Assembly (NCBI GenBank): GCA_001643675.2
Contig: LSRY02000031.1
Span: 186,001 to 250,000 of the forward strand
DNA length: 64,000 nucleotides
Direction of reading: 5' to 3'
Source of the DNA: Monocercomonoides exilis PA203
Taxonomy: Eukaryota > Protista > Preaxostyla
Within the stretch, counting starts at the first letter, position 1. The number at the start of each line of letters is the position of its first letter. This document shows, piece by piece, positions 1-12,049 of this stretch. The notes beneath the pieces were generated by a model, which searched no databases, was not told the DNA's origin, and was given only the letters and a program-made list of their open reading frames with translations. A program made the position numbers and the translations under genes.

Positions 1-2300
1 TGATGAATTCAAACTGAGCTTAAAAGATCGTAATGTGGTTTGATATTCTTTCTGATTAACTTTTTATCAACTGTTCAAACATATTTAAATATTTCTTTTT
101 CAAGTGCACAGCATGTAAAAGCATGTGAAACCTTTGCAAATAGAGAAAGGGCATATCATCACTTTGGAGAAGCTGCAATCAACTCCAAAAAGGCAATGTT
201 TGCCACTACGATCTCAACATAATGTTTGATTTTTTTGTTCAAATCTATCACTTCATAGATAATAAACATCCAACAAATAAGGATTTAACCCTTAGCAAAA
301 TTGCATTTGAAGTGGTAAATAATAATTTGTTTATTGGATTTTCTCCTGTTTTTCTCAGCTCATCAGATAAAAAAATGTCCCATCGTTTGTATTAGTGCCC
401 AAATTCAACATTTGATTCAATATGTGGAATTACAGGAAGAAGAGACTCCTCATCAATCAAATTTCACAAATGCAAGTTGCTTAAGCAGAACTCAATTCAG
501 AGATTTTTCCTTAGAACAAAAATTGGCATGGATAATAAAAGCTTTTCAGTTAATACACACAACAACCAAGTTTGCAACACAAGTTTTAAATTAATGGACA
601 CATTCATTTTATTGGTTGGTATTTGTGACATATCTTTACCTTAAATCTTCCTGCAGTTTCCTGAACGATTTCATAACTTCTTTAATAAAAGAGTCTCGGT
701 TTCATCCTCATTCAAAGAGAGAAGACATATTCCCCTATTAAACTGAAAAATCTATTTCAAAAATCATTCTTCAAACAAATGATTCTAAGGTAACTAATTT
801 ATTAACAAAAATAAGAAATAAACCAATTGCAATAATGATGGACAGCGAAAAAATTGGAAACAAAAATTACACAGTTGTTGGAGTTGTGCCATTATCTTTT
901 AATTCTGTTCCTTTGTTCTTCAATTTGTTTGAAGGCTGCTCAACTGAAAAAGATTACTTCGAACTTGGTCAGACTTTGTTGATTGAGTTTGGAAAAATTG
1001 GTTCAATTATCTGATGTTTTTGTTTTGATGGATTGAAATTGCAGGTTCAAGCACTCACATAATTGTGCCCATCTTTAAACCAGTTACCAATGAAACATGC
1101 TGACAGTCTGTCATTGTTTAATCCTATTTTCGTTCCTTGCTTGAATCATCTGGTGAATTTGATCGTCAGTCATGCGTTTCAAGATTATAAATTCTTGAAC
1201 AATGTGAGAGAAATGCTCGTAAATTTCAACACCGCATGGTATTTAATAGTCAATCGAAAAATATTGGTTCGGAAATGTCCGACTTTTATCCGAGCAAGGT
1301 GGTTGTGTTTATTTCAAATATGCAATTACATAAGGACAAACATTCAAAGCGTTCTTTTGAGCAAGTTGCTGAATGAAGGAAATATTAAAGCTGCTGGAAT
1401 AACAGAGTTTTTGCTATTTCTGATTAACTATATGCATCTCCAATTCGAAAAAGACTGCACAAAGCTATCTTTTGTATTTCCTATTTTATTGAATGCAATG
1501 AGCTTATTCTTCTATTATTCAACATTGAATATTTTTCAACAGAAAGATTGGCACAATGCAATAACAAACATTATCATTCTGCTTTTCAACTGCACATTTT
1601 CTGGAGAAAGAGGCAGTTTTTTTGCCTTTGTTTATTCCCTTTTCCAAATTTGAGTGGGAAAATATCGAAAAGGTTTGTTCACAAATTGCGAAATAATATT
1701 TTCTGAAATTTCGAAGCACCAAAGCATAATAAAGGAAAATTTATCGAATATTCCATCTTCATCAAATATGATTGAATCATTGGTCAAATCATTTCCATCT
1801 TCAAGTTATTCTCAGCCAACTTCCTCGTCATCAACGATCCCATTTCAATTATCTTCAACTCAAAAACATTCTTCTTCTTCTCTATTATCCTCTCACATTC
1901 AACAACAAATGTCTCCACTGCTCATTTCTTGTTCAACTTATATTTTATCAAATTCAATTCCGTCTATATCTTCATCTTCACAGCCTAACTCAACTGCTCC
2001 AAATTTAACTCATTTTGACATTCTTCATGTCAAAGCAGCAATGGAAAGATTTCAGAATCGATTAAGTTTACGCCCACAACAATTGTATTCTTCATCAACA
2101 TTGATTTGCCCAAGCAAAACCGACTTTTCAAAAATAGGAAATTGCTCAGAAATAATGAAATTTGTTTGTGAAATTATTGATCATATTGAAAAAACCGAAA
2201 AAGAAATTGCAAAAGAAGATGAAAGCGAAAGTGATGGATATTATGAAGATTTGGAATATAATATGGAAGAATAAGAATTCGAAAGTGTCGAATATTTTTC
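1..2300 (+). pseudogene. hAT-superfamily transposase, 5' part (decayed; stops and frameshifts); interrupted at 2300 by a Merlin-type element
   Basis: Across frames: BED-like KCTAC...HH (~100-165), first catalytic Asp context IAIMMDS (~825-846), second Asp CFDG (~1020-1032), hAT CxxH motif VPCLNHLVNLIV (~1132-1167), and CPTFIRARW resembling the hAT (P)TRW motif (~1276-1302). ORFs 334..594, 1063..1653 and 1654..2274 are pieces of it. Confidence 0.75.
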
Positions 2301-2471
2301 GGCATAAGTGTAAAAAAACGCCTGCTTCAGTTTTATGATTTTCTTAATTTCAACAAAATTATCATAAATAACATTAAAAAACAACACTTTTGGGTGGAGC
2401 AGTTTTATGATATTTCAACATAAATTTCATCCAAAAATTTTTTGTGATCAATCCCTTAATTAAAAATTTTC
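2301..2471 (+). repeat. Left TIR of outer Merlin-type element
   Basis: Reverse complement of 11879-12049; contains the subterminal motif CAGTTTTATGAT twice (~2328, ~2400). Confidence 0.95.
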
Positions 2472-3033
2472 TTGTTCATTTTCTGTTTTTAGTGCGAAAG
2501 CGGAAGAATCTCAGCTTGATTGTTGCAGCCAATAATGCATTTTTTGCGATGTCATAAATGAAGTTAGAATTTGCACTAATTTTATTTCTTTAAATCTGTT
2601 ATTCAATAAAAATTTCGCTATCACTTATTAATCAATAACAATTCATAATATTTAATTGAAAGAAGTTTCTCTCAATGAAAGCCAATGTCACAGAAGATCT
2701 GATGATTATGAAATACTCATATTTCCAATTTTATTAGAGAAATCAGTTATTTATGTATTATTTATTTTTTCAAATTGAAATGCTTTCCATTTGAAATGAA
2801 GGCTATCATTATTGTTTTTTTATTGATTTTGCTAAATAAGACATAATTGTTAGATAACGATTATTATTCATTTTGTTTTTGTCAAATTGTCTCAAATAAT
2901 AAAAATTGTGAATGAAAATACAAAAAATGTGCAGTATTCACGTGATTTATTTTTTGAGGGCTCGTTTCATCAAAATGAAAAGAACGAAAAACTTCAAAAT
3001 GAATAAATGCCGACGGAAGATGTTTATTAATTG

Positions 3034-4200
3034 TTAAAGAAGCTGCTCGTAATAAACTTGAAATGCGGTAACAATCTCGATGTGTTCCCAATTCCACAAC
3101 ATATCAAATTTGATGGTTAAGAAGCCAAATATTGAATCGGATCCATAAAAGTTTTCGCTTCTATTTTCATTAATCTCCAATAATTTCTGAATAATGCATG
3201 AACTTATAGAATATGAAGATGAAGTGGAAGAAGAGGAAGAAAAAGAAGAAGAAACAGAAGGAGAAGGAGAAGAAGAAGAAAAGGAAGAGGAAAAAGAAGA
3301 AGGAGCAATTGGAACAGCAGAAGAGGAAGAATAAAAGATGGAAGACGTGTTAACTTCTGTTTTTTCAGAGAGCTGTGATTGAGCTGAGAGATTTGCATTG
3401 GCAAGAATTGATTCAAAAGACAAGGAAGTTTGCGTGGGCGCTGCTTTGACAGGAAAAACAGGACGAGAAGAAGGAAGCTTTGAAAAGGGAATGGAAGCAT
3501 TTTGAACTGAAGAAGAAGAAGATGATGATGATGATAGCGATATTGTTGTTGAAGGACACATCAAAGAACCCATGAAGCGCGAGAAAAATGCCTGACACGG
3601 TGAATGCACAGGTGTTGCAGTTGAAGAAACATCAATTGGCTTCCCAGTCGATTCTGCAAGCGCTTCAGAGCATTCAAGTGTCTGCATTTGGTTCTGTTTC
3701 CTTTGCCTCACATCTTCATCCTCCTCCACACCTTCTTCCTTCTTCTTCTTCTTCTTCTTCTTCTTCTTCTTCTTCTTCTTCTTCTTCTTCTTCTTCCTAT
3801 TATTCTTCCTATTATTCTTTTTCTTCTCTTTCTCTTTCTCCTTCTCCTTCTCCTTCTCCTTCTCCTTCTCCTTCTCCCCATCACCTGCCTTTTGAGACGC
3901 CGATGATTGCCTCATCACCTCCTGCGCATGTTGTATCATCAGCATCGCCTGGTTTGTCTGATTGACAGCTGTTTTGAATGTGAATAGAACAACCACAAAA
4001 ACACGGGCAAGAACAAGAGCAATGTGGAGAACAACAAAAATGGAGGTGGAAGATCTGAAGGGGTTGTTGTGTGTTTGGTGGTGGGTGGATGAAAGGAGAG
4101 AAGAATTCACAATGGAAAAAGAAGAGCAAGAGGAGGAGGAAGAAGAAGGAGGAGGAGGAGGATTAAATTGTAGTTGTCTCGACAGATGAACTTTTAACAA
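3034..4200 (-). CDS. Low-complexity Ser/Lys/Glu-rich ORF, probable captured host-gene fragment inside the outer element
   Basis: 388-aa ORF with poly-S, (EK)n and poly-K tracts like host genes elsewhere in the window; no recognisable domain; upstream ORFs 4194..4409 and 4422..4790 may be decayed continuation. Confidence 0.4.
   Translation of the reverse strand: MLKVHLSRQLQFNPPPPPSSSSSSCSSFSIVNSSLLSSTHHQTHNNPFRSSTSIFVVLHIALVLARVFVVVLFTFKTAVNQTNQAMLMIQHAQEVMRQSSASQKAGDGEKEKEKEKEKEKEKEKEKKKNNRKNNRKKKKKKKKKKKKKKKKKKKEEGVEEDEDVRQRKQNQMQTLECSEALAESTGKPIDVSSTATPVHSPCQAFFSRFMGSLMCPSTTISLSSSSSSSSSVQNASIPFSKLPSSRPVFPVKAAPTQTSLSFESILANANLSAQSQLSEKTEVNTSSIFYSSSSAVPIAPSSFSSSFSSSSPSPSVSSSFSSSSSTSSSYSISSCIIQKLLEINENRSENFYGSDSIFGFLTIKFDMLWNWEHIEIVTAFQVYYEQLL
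3731..3878. repeat. (TTC)n and (TTCTCC)n microsatellite tract
   Basis: Directly visible tandem triplet/hexamer repeats encoding poly-K and (EK)n on the minus strand. Confidence 0.9.
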
Positions 4201-4891
4201 AGAAAAAGTTTTTTGTTGAACAACATGTTTATTTTGAACCCAATTGTTCTCGGGTTTAATCCTGTGCTTTTTTTCATTTGAAAAAGCTCATCTGTTTTTT
4301 TCGCTGTTTCTTTTTTCTTTGTTATTTCTCTCAAAGCACTTTTTTTCTTCTTCACATTCATAAATCTTGTAAATAAGATACGCAGTTTCAACAATTTGTA
4401 TCTCTTCATCTGGTAAAAGTTTCAATCGAGTTCTGTGCAGGGATCGAAATGGACGCCTTTTTGCTCCAATGCATAGGTCGAGATGGATGGTGGATGAAGA
4501 GTGTCAAATACATCAAGCTCGATGTGTATGGTTGACATCTTTAAAGAAGAAGATAATGAATGAAGAAGATTTGTGGTGGGAGGACGATATTGAAGATAAG
4601 AAATGGGAAAAGAAAATTTTGTTTGTTGAATAAAAGCCAGATATTGCGATAGGCTGAGTGTGGAGATTAGAGGAAAGCTGATCAATTGGAAAGAAGCGAA
4701 CGAATAATTAGATTTTATATGAGGTGAAAAAGCATATTGATGGCAAAAAAATGCGTTGATTTGTTGCTTCGCTTTGATGATGAAAACCATGCAATGAGGA
4801 GCGAGAAAAGAACAGGAAATAGTTGTGGAGAATTGAAAAAAAATGATTCAGCAAATGAATTTAAATAATGTATATTGCATGTAGATACTTT

Positions 4892-5780
4892 TTATAAATT
4901 TGATACACTGCATACAGTGATTTCCGTGACAGCTTTTCTAAAGGGAATTATTTGTGTCTGAACAAATGTTGAACCAATAAGTGTGAGGAAGGCATCTTGG
5001 AGAAGGGAAATGAAGCCAGTGAGGGCATACTCGACGGCTGCACACGGAATTTGTTGAGGTCTGCCACAGACATCAACATCACTTCCACCATTTGAGACTA
5101 TTTTGTTCTGGGCGATGAGGGGGAGCCAGCCATTGAAAGTTTCATTGTCTGCTTGTCCATTATTCCACAATCTTTGTGTTGGAGTTGTTGATCCACACTG
5201 ATTGAATGGTGATTGGGTGTTACTGCTTCCATTGAAGAACACATCATTCCCTCTGCCATTTGTTGCGGAATTACCATCGAAGAAGCAGAATGTGATGAAT
5301 TTCATACTATTCATCCAGGAATAAGTTCCATCAAAGAATATTCCTGTTCCACCGTAAGTGGAAGAAGAAGTTAATTTGTGATTATCAAATTGACACTCAT
5401 TATTTGAAAACTGACTTGGTTTATTAATTGGTGGATTTGCAAATGTTAATGATCCCGCAGCATCACCACCAGAATTAGCAATGCACTTGCATTTGGTGAG
5501 CAGGAATAAGAGCATTTTCTGGCATATCATACACATGAAAATACCAACCAGTTCCATAAATGCCCTTAATATTACAACCTCCCACTCTATTATCTGAGAA
5601 TGAATAAACAGAAGATGATTGTCGACCATCAATGCAAATTGCACCTCCATGCAACGCCGAACAACCTGTTGAATTTGATTTTGATTTATTCTCATTTTGT
5701 TAACTGCAACAGCATAAAGCTCAACCTGCAGCATCATAATAACAATAATAAAATTTTTGAATTATTTTCTTTGAATATGT
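4892..5780 (-). pseudogene. Fragment of GGA-repeat beta-helix (Pmp-like) surface protein gene; cargo of outer element
   Basis: Motifs SGGDAAG, YGGTGIF, FCFFDGNSATNGRGNDVFF and VSNGGSDVDVCG...PC shared with the 7262..8548 family member; frameshift near the 5' end (GGAICI in another frame); hydrophobic N-terminal stretch; truncated at 3' end. Confidence 0.7.
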
Positions 5781-6510
5781 TTTTCAAATCTATTTTATTA
5801 TTGGTTTCTTTTTTTTCCCCATAATTAAATTTCTTCATAATCATTTGAAAAGATAACAATCAAAGCTTTTTTGCAGGTTGTTTTCGGAACAACATTTTAA
5901 TGTTTGTATTAATTTTTCGTTAATTAATTTTTCAAAGCTAAATTGAGACTCTCAGCTTGTTCAACGTTCCTTATTGTTAGTGACTTTATCTCTTCAAAAA
6001 TACCATTTGAACAATCTGAAAAAGCATCAAAAAACATATCGTTTATAACAATCTAACTTATGAGCATCGTTAGTATTCATAGAATCAATTTATTCACACG
6101 AAGGTTGAATTTCCATTAAACGATGCTTTATCTTAAAAAACATTGACTGATAAAAATAAGAAAGAATATTCAAGGTTAAGACTTTTTATTGCTTCGTTCA
6201 ATACTCGCGTTAATTGTTCACTATGATGCACTGTGTTACTCTTTCATAGAAAAATTTCATTTCTTCGAAATCCCAATTGCACTTGTAAAGGTTATTTCTT
6301 CTCGCATGCAATACTCTTTTGCAATGGAAACCCGAAAATAATCAAATACAAGAAAAATGACTAAAACACTCGAGTGGAAAATTCTTATCTCATGTTAAAT
6401 GCGAACAAATGATATTACTTTCAAAAGTCATCTACTCAATATTCATTATTAAAATCATAATATATGAAACTGCATGTGCAACTTTTTCTTTTCATTCATT
6501 AATTAATATT

Positions 6511-6754
6511 TCAATTATCCAAAGTTGATTTTCTGAAAAATTCAAAATTTGTCAGATCATTCAGATTCATTTCGAAATAATTGATCAGAAAACTACAAAA
6601 AACGTGACATGATGAAAGTGTAATAGGTTTGTCTTTTAATCCAATGCTCTTTGATTTAATATGGCTTCGCAGAATTTTTTTCATTTTAGTCGATAAAACT
6701 TTTTTCTTTTCTTTCAAGTATCTTTTTTTCGCCTGAAAATCTTTTATTTCACAA
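6511..6754 (-). CDS. Displaced C-terminal segment of the Merlin transposase (in frame with 9163..11066 once the inner element is removed)
   Basis: Excising 6763-9162 plus one TSD gives ATG GAA GCT GAT CGA TTT TGT GAA ATA AAA GAT TTT CAG GCG AAA AAA AGA TAC TTG AAA..., reading MEADRFCEIKDFQAKKRYLKEKKKVLSTK and running into ORF 6511..6717. Confidence 0.88.
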
Positions 6755-6762
6755 AATCGATC

Positions 6763-9162
6763 GGCATAGGTCTAAATTGTACCAGTAGAGAATTTGACGT
6801 TTTTATACAAAATTTCACTGTATTATAAATCAACGTAATTAATTTACTCTATTGTATCGAAAAATTTTAAGAAATATTGCAATGAAAAACAAAAATTAAA
6901 AATGTTGATCGGTCCCATAAAAATATTTATTATATTTTCATTTTAACTTTTTGGAGTGTTATGGAGAGATTTCGTTGTTATTGACAAATTAAATCCTTAT
7001 ATAAAAATTATTTCTTGCGTAACTTAAATTAATTTATGTTGACATATGTTATATTTTTCATTATCAAATTTTGTTGGAAATATGATTCTTGCTCGATAAT
7101 ATTGAATTTTTGTCTTAAGCAAAACATCCAATGAATTGAGTTCTTTATTTTATCGTGAGTGGAATGGATCAAAAACGACTGATACATCATCTTCTACAAC
7201 TGATGGAGTTTCCAGTGGAGGGGTAATTAATAAGCATAATCTAGCATAGGGAACACTTTGAGTGAAATTTTGTTTATTGAACAATTGCAATGCATATGCT
7301 TATGGCGGAGGCATTATGTGTCGTTCGATCTATTCAATTATTATTGAGAACAATTCATTCAATTCTTGTTCTGCTCAAAAGTATTATGGAGGAGGAATGT
7401 ATGCTGAATCAATTTCGTCATGTTCCAGGATCAGTGGTTGCGAATTCCAGAATTGTGAAGCAAACGACTGGGGAGGGGGGCTTTATTTTCAAAGTTTCAA
7501 CGCTTTGGGGACTGAATGCTTTGAAACAGAAAGTGGGAAAGGAGAGAGTGCTTATGTGTTTGAGTGCTCATTCACTTCGTGTGCGCTCACAGCTTCATAT
7601 GGTGGGGGGATTGGCTGTCAAAATGTTCCAACTGCATTTAATATGCGGAGTGTCCAATTTATTTCGTGTTCTGCAGCATTATATGGCGGAGGATTGTATT
7701 TTTATCCATATCAATCAACACCTCCAAGCAACAACCTTTATTGCTATTTCTTCTTCTTCCACGATTGCAGTTGCACAACCACTTCCACTCCATATGGCCA
7801 CGATGTTTGCTTTCAAGACTATTATAATATTTTTAAAGAATCGAATAACCCGTTTTATGAATCATACACAACGAATACAAATGAGAAGAGAATTTGTTAT
7901 GCATTTTCGCAATCGACCAGTTATGTGTATCAACATACAGAAAAAAAGGAATGGTTGAAGGAAGGGATGAAGGATCGGTATGTTGGGGTGGGTGGAAGTG
8001 ACTCGAGCAATTTGTGTGGGATGAGTGAGGCATCGCCGTGCAAGACTGTGGGGCATGCGGTGGGGTCGAGCATGGGGCAGCTGAGCTCGACAATCACAGT
8101 GCTTGGTGGGAGACATGTGAGTGAAGGGGCAACGATCAGTGTTGGGGAAAAAAAGATTTCAGTTGAAGGGAAAGGGAAGGCAGTGAGTGTGATTGGGACG
8201 AATTCTCTTTTTTCGCCTGCAACTACTCTGTTAAGCATATATTCTGGCCAACTGGAGATGGGGCATGTGCAGATCGATCAAATAACAACAAGAGATTCTT
8301 TACCGAATGTGTTTGTGGTATTTGATGGGAGCGGGACTCTTTCACTGGAGGATGTTTTGATCTTGTCAAGTGTTTATGGAGGGAGAAAAATCTCGTCATC
8401 TGTGTTTGAAGCGGCTCTGAAGCAGCTGACTATGATTGATGTGGAGATAGAAAATATGAAAATATCCAAAGCTTTTTTTCTGAGCCATCATCAGCAGGAT
8501 CAACATCTGGAGAGAGTATGTTTGCGAATGGAATCATTAAAAATGTAAATCAGACAATAGAAGGAGATGGAGTGGTGATGGCAAAGAGTGTGAAAAGAGG
8601 AGAGGCATTTGTGGTGCGAAACACAACGATTGAGGAATGTGAGTGTGTGAATGGAAATAGAAGGGGGATCAAGGTTGAGTTTGCAACAGATTCAAGCAAA
8701 TTTTGCACTGGAACATACACATCGCAAGATGGAGTTCAATGAGGGTTTGAGGATAAATTTTTCTCAAATAAAATGGAAATGCTATTCAAATTATTTTTAT
8801 AAAGAATGTTTTTTTTCAATGCATTCTTTTCAAAATGTCCAGAATGTTTATATTTAAAAAAAGAAAACAAAACATAAACTTATCCATTCTTTTTGATTAG
8901 TAGTCATGTTAAAAAAATAAAGCAAGGCTTAGACAAAAGCTAACATTCAAAATATTGCTCTTATACGTCAAAAAACAAAAAAAAACAAAAAATTAAAAAT
9001 ATTTTTATGGGGCCGATCAACATTTTTAATTTTTGTTTTTCATTGCAATATTTCTTAAATTTTTTCGATACAATAGAGTAAATTAATTACGTTGATTTAT
9101 AATACAGTGAAATTTTGTATAAAAACGTCAAATTCGCTACTGGTACAATTTAGACCTATGCC
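6763..9162. mobile_element. Non-autonomous Pack-type (Merlin-like) element, 2400 bp, carrying a beta-helix surface-protein gene fragment
   Basis: TIRs 6763-6928 and 8997-9162 (166 bp, ~3 mismatches, begin GGCATAGGTC); perfect 8-bp TSD AATCGATC at 6755-6762 and 9163-9170; no transposase inside. Confidence 0.93.
7262..8742 (+). pseudogene. GGA-repeat parallel beta-helix (Pmp-like), Cys-rich surface protein fragment; cargo of inner element
   Basis: Repeated FxxCxAxxxGG(G/A)(I/L/M) motifs, YGHDVCF, and RYVGVGGSDSSNLCGMSEASPCKTV; in-frame stops upstream (~7230-7250), frameshift at ~8480 into ORF 8518..8742, truncated at both ends. Confidence 0.78.
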
Positions 9163-11066
9163 AATCGATCAGCTTCCATGCGAAGAACTTTAATACATGG
9201 AAAATCTGTTTGCTTTATGAATCGTCCACTTTTCGATCTGAGCCTTGATACTGCTTTTCTTTTTAAATTCTTGCTACTGCTTGGGATGATAGTTTCTGAA
9301 TCAGAAATTATTTTCGAGAACTTCTTTCTTGAATATAAGTTTGTTGTTCCACAAGTTTTTTCATCTTCATCATCCCTCTCCTCCTTCTCCATCTCCTTCT
9401 CTTCCTTCTCCATCTCCTTCTCTTCCTTCTCCATCTCCTTCTCTTCCTTCTCCATCTCCTTCTCTTCCTTCTCCATCTCCTTCTCTTCCTTCTCCATCTC
9501 CTTCTCTTCCTTCTCCATCTCCTTCTCTTCCTTCTCCATCTCCTTCTCTTCCTTCTCCATCTCCTTCTCTTCCTTCTCCATCTCCTTCTCTTCCTTCTCC
9601 ATCTCCTTCTCTTCCTTCTCCATCTCCTTCTCTTCCTTCTCCATCTCCTTCTCTTCCTTCTCCATCTCCTTCTCTTCCTTCTCCATCTCCTTCTCTTCCT
9701 TCTCCATCTCCTTCTCTTCCTTCTCCATCTCCTTCTCTTCCTTCTCCATCTCCTTCTCTTCCTTCTCCATCTCCTTCTCTTCCTTCTCCATCTCCTGCTC
9801 CTTTTGCTTATTTTCTTTTTTTCTTTCCTCTTTTTCAAACGTTTTATTTTCCTTTCTTTTCGTTATCTCAACTGTTTTTGTTTCGTTTTCTATTTTTGCT
9901 GGATCATCTTCACTGTCAAATTCATCAATCATTCTGATTTTTCTGTTTTCGCGTGCTCTTTCTTTTTTCAGTTTTGATGATTCTTTTCTGTTCCGAATAA
10001 AATTATCTAAATCTTCTTCATGAAAAAGTTCAATAACGTTTTCTGTTTCTTTTTCATTTTTTTTCATCATATATATTGATTGCTGTAATATTTTTTCTTT
10101 CTCAATCACACTTCTTATTTCCATTTCACATGATTCATATGTCAACAAATATGAATTCAATTCATTTCTATTGATTAAGCACATATCACAAATTAACTTT
10201 GCAATTGATTTTTTTGTGTTAAACCTATATTGAAATTCCAGTGCATATTCCTTTGTCTGTTCAAGCACTCTACCACGCTTTCTCATGTGGCATTTAATAT
10301 GAGACCACATACACTCGATGGTTTGAGTGTGAACATTTTTATCTTCAGGTTTAACAAAATTTAATGAATGATTCACACAATCGTGTTTGTATCCTGCAAT
10401 TTTTATACCTTGATAAGAAGACCACATATCAGAGTAGACTATTGCGCTTTTATCAATATTCTTTTCTATGAAATACATGAGTGTTTCCTCAGTTCTGTTG
10501 GCAACAAATTCGACTTTGAAGTGCTGAGGTGCTCCTTCCATCTTTCTTTCACACACACCCCACAGCCACTGTTGATCCTGAATTCTTCCTACTCCATTTT
10601 TTCTTTTGTGCACAAGTGTCTCGTCGATTTCTACGATTCGATTTTTTCCAATTTTTTCAAAGCATTCCATCTCAATGAAACCGCAAATTCTTCTAATTTT
10701 TTGATTGAATTTTAAAACTGTTTTATTAGAAAGATTTGTTTCATGTGTCACTTCGCTAATTGAATGCTTAGACCAGAAATGAAATAGCAGGCAAATGAAT
10801 TGAAATGGTGAAAATCTGAACTCTGAAAAGATAGTGAAATGATTCCAGTTGAGTTTTTTTCCGCATTTTGAACATTTGTAATAAAATTCATCCCGTTTTC
10901 CACCATCAACAAAATGCATTTGGCTTCGACAGCAATGACAATTGGAGTATTTTTTGATGAAATTGAAACTGTTCAATATCTTTATTGCAAAATCGCTGTT
11001 CCCATTTGACCGTTGAATAAATTCACATAAAGAAATTGTTTCGAAAATGTTCTTATAATCCTCCAT
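9156..11066 (-). CDS. Merlin/IS1595-family (ISXO2-like) DDE transposase, C-terminally truncated by the inner insertion
   Basis: N-terminal Zn ribbon (CHCC...YKCSKCGKK), HTH-like segment, catalytic motifs [15 protein letters not shown] and NHS..FV....[14 protein letters not shown]; the last codons and stop come from the inner TIR. Confidence 0.92.
   Translation of the reverse strand: MEDYKNIFETISLCEFIQRSNGNSDFAIKILNSFNFIKKYSNCHCCRSQMHFVDGGKRDEFYYKCSKCGKKLNWNHFTIFSEFRFSPFQFICLLFHFWSKHSISEVTHETNLSNKTVLKFNQKIRRICGFIEMECFEKIGKNRIVEIDETLVHKRKNGVGRIQDQQWLWGVCERKMEGAPQHFKVEFVANRTEETLMYFIEKNIDKSAIVYSDMWSSYQGIKIAGYKHDCVNHSLNFVKPEDKNVHTQTIECMWSHIKCHMRKRGRVLEQTKEYALEFQYRFNTKKSIAKLICDMCLINRNELNSYLLTYESCEMEIRSVIEKEKILQQSIYMMKKNEKETENVIELFHEEDLDNFIRNRKESSKLKKERARENRKIRMIDEFDSEDDPAKIENETKTVEITKRKENKTFEKEERKKENKQKEQEMEKEEKEMEKEEKEMEKEEKEMEKEEKEMEKEEKEMEKEEKEMEKEEKEMEKEEKEMEKEEKEMEKEEKEMEKEEKEMEKEEKEMEKEEKEMEKEEKEMEKEEKEMEKEEKEMEKEEKEMEKEEKEMEKEEKEMEKEERDDEDEKTCGTTNLYSRKKFSKIISDSETIIPSSSKNLKRKAVSRLRSKSGRFIKQTDFPCIKVLRMEADRLA
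9376..9796. repeat. Near-perfect 21-bp tandem minisatellite (~20 copies) encoding EMEKEEK heptads in the transposase
   Basis: Unit CTCCATCTCCTTCTCTTCCTT repeated without visible variation except at the ends. Confidence 0.97.
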
Positions 11067-11878
11067 CCTTTGGAACTTTAAAAGTGATTAGATCTTTGTT
11101 TTGAAAACGTTTATTTTGAATGATTGATCGATAACTTTATTAAAAAACTCGATAACATGCACATATGCATTCGATCAAAATTCAATGTTTCAAAATGAAT
11201 TGATTTGATTGTTCAACATTCTAAATAAATATAAGTGAAATTTTTGTATAAGAACATTTATAATTTTCTAAACAAAATTGAACATATTTTTATGAATTGT
11301 TTTCAAGGAAACTGAAAAGAGATAATCGACAATTTAAAAACTAAAGATTGAATCATATTTCTCGAAATATTCAAATGTGGTTATTCGTTTTTTGATATGT
11401 TTTATTTCAAACGAAAGAAATTGAAATGTTCAAAACTTTGTGCATATAAAGTTTTCCTTGCACAGAGAATGCTAATAGAAAAATCAACATATTCAAATTG
11501 ATTACTGTCAAACTTTGAAACATTCAAAAGCATGTTTTTTTCACAATAAAAACAATCTCGTATGTTTTATCGTGTCAAGAGTGGAATTCTCAAGTTCGAA
11601 TAAAATATTAATCAAATATCTAAATTCAACAATGATAAGACCTGTAGCTCTTGTTCATTTGAAATAAACAAATTTGTACTAAAATCTATCAAAGATTTGT
11701 TTTTGCAGTTAGAAAGAATATGAAGAATTTTATGACTATTCATGAAAAAGTCGAAATAAAAGTCAAATATTCTTCAGAACAATTATCTTAGAAGAGTTTT
11801 CATTCAGTTGAGCTGTATTACATAAAGATTGATTTTCAATTATTGCAACAAAACATTTCAAGTGAAAAAGATGATTAT

Positions 11879-12049
11879 GAAAATTTTTAATTAAGGGATT
11901 GATCACAAAAAATTTTTTGATGAAATTTATGTTGAAATATCATAAAACTGCTCCACCCAAAAGTGTTGTTTTTTAATGTTATTTATGATAATTTTGTTGA
12001 AATTAAGAAAATCATAAAACTGAAGCAGGCGTTTTTTTACACTTATGCC
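11879..12049 (-). repeat. Right TIR of outer Merlin-type element
   Basis: Ends ...TTTTTTTACACTTATGCC, followed by TSD TATTTTTC. Confidence 0.95.

Larger units (their letters stand above)
2301..12049 (-). mobile_element. Composite Merlin/IS1595(ISXO2)-type DNA transposon, 9749 bp, with transposase and captured cargo
   Basis: TIRs 2301-2471 and 11879-12049 (171 bp, 1 mismatch seen, begin GGCATAAGTG); perfect 8-bp TSD TATTTTTC at 2293-2300 and 12050-12057; contains an ISXO2-type DDE transposase; removing it rejoins the hAT reading frame. Confidence 0.93.

Noticed and set aside
9376-9796. Regular repeat array as a possible CRISPR
   Set aside because: Units are directly tandem with no unique spacers, lie in frame in a transposase, and the context is eukaryotic.
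9178-10023. Antisense/alternative-frame ORFs ([21 protein letters not shown])
   Set aside because: By-products of the stop-free 21-bp repeat.
2301-12049. Assigning the TIRs and 8-bp TSD to the hAT element
   Set aside because: The TIRs lie inside and interrupt the hAT ORF, enclose a Merlin-type transposase, and begin with GG.
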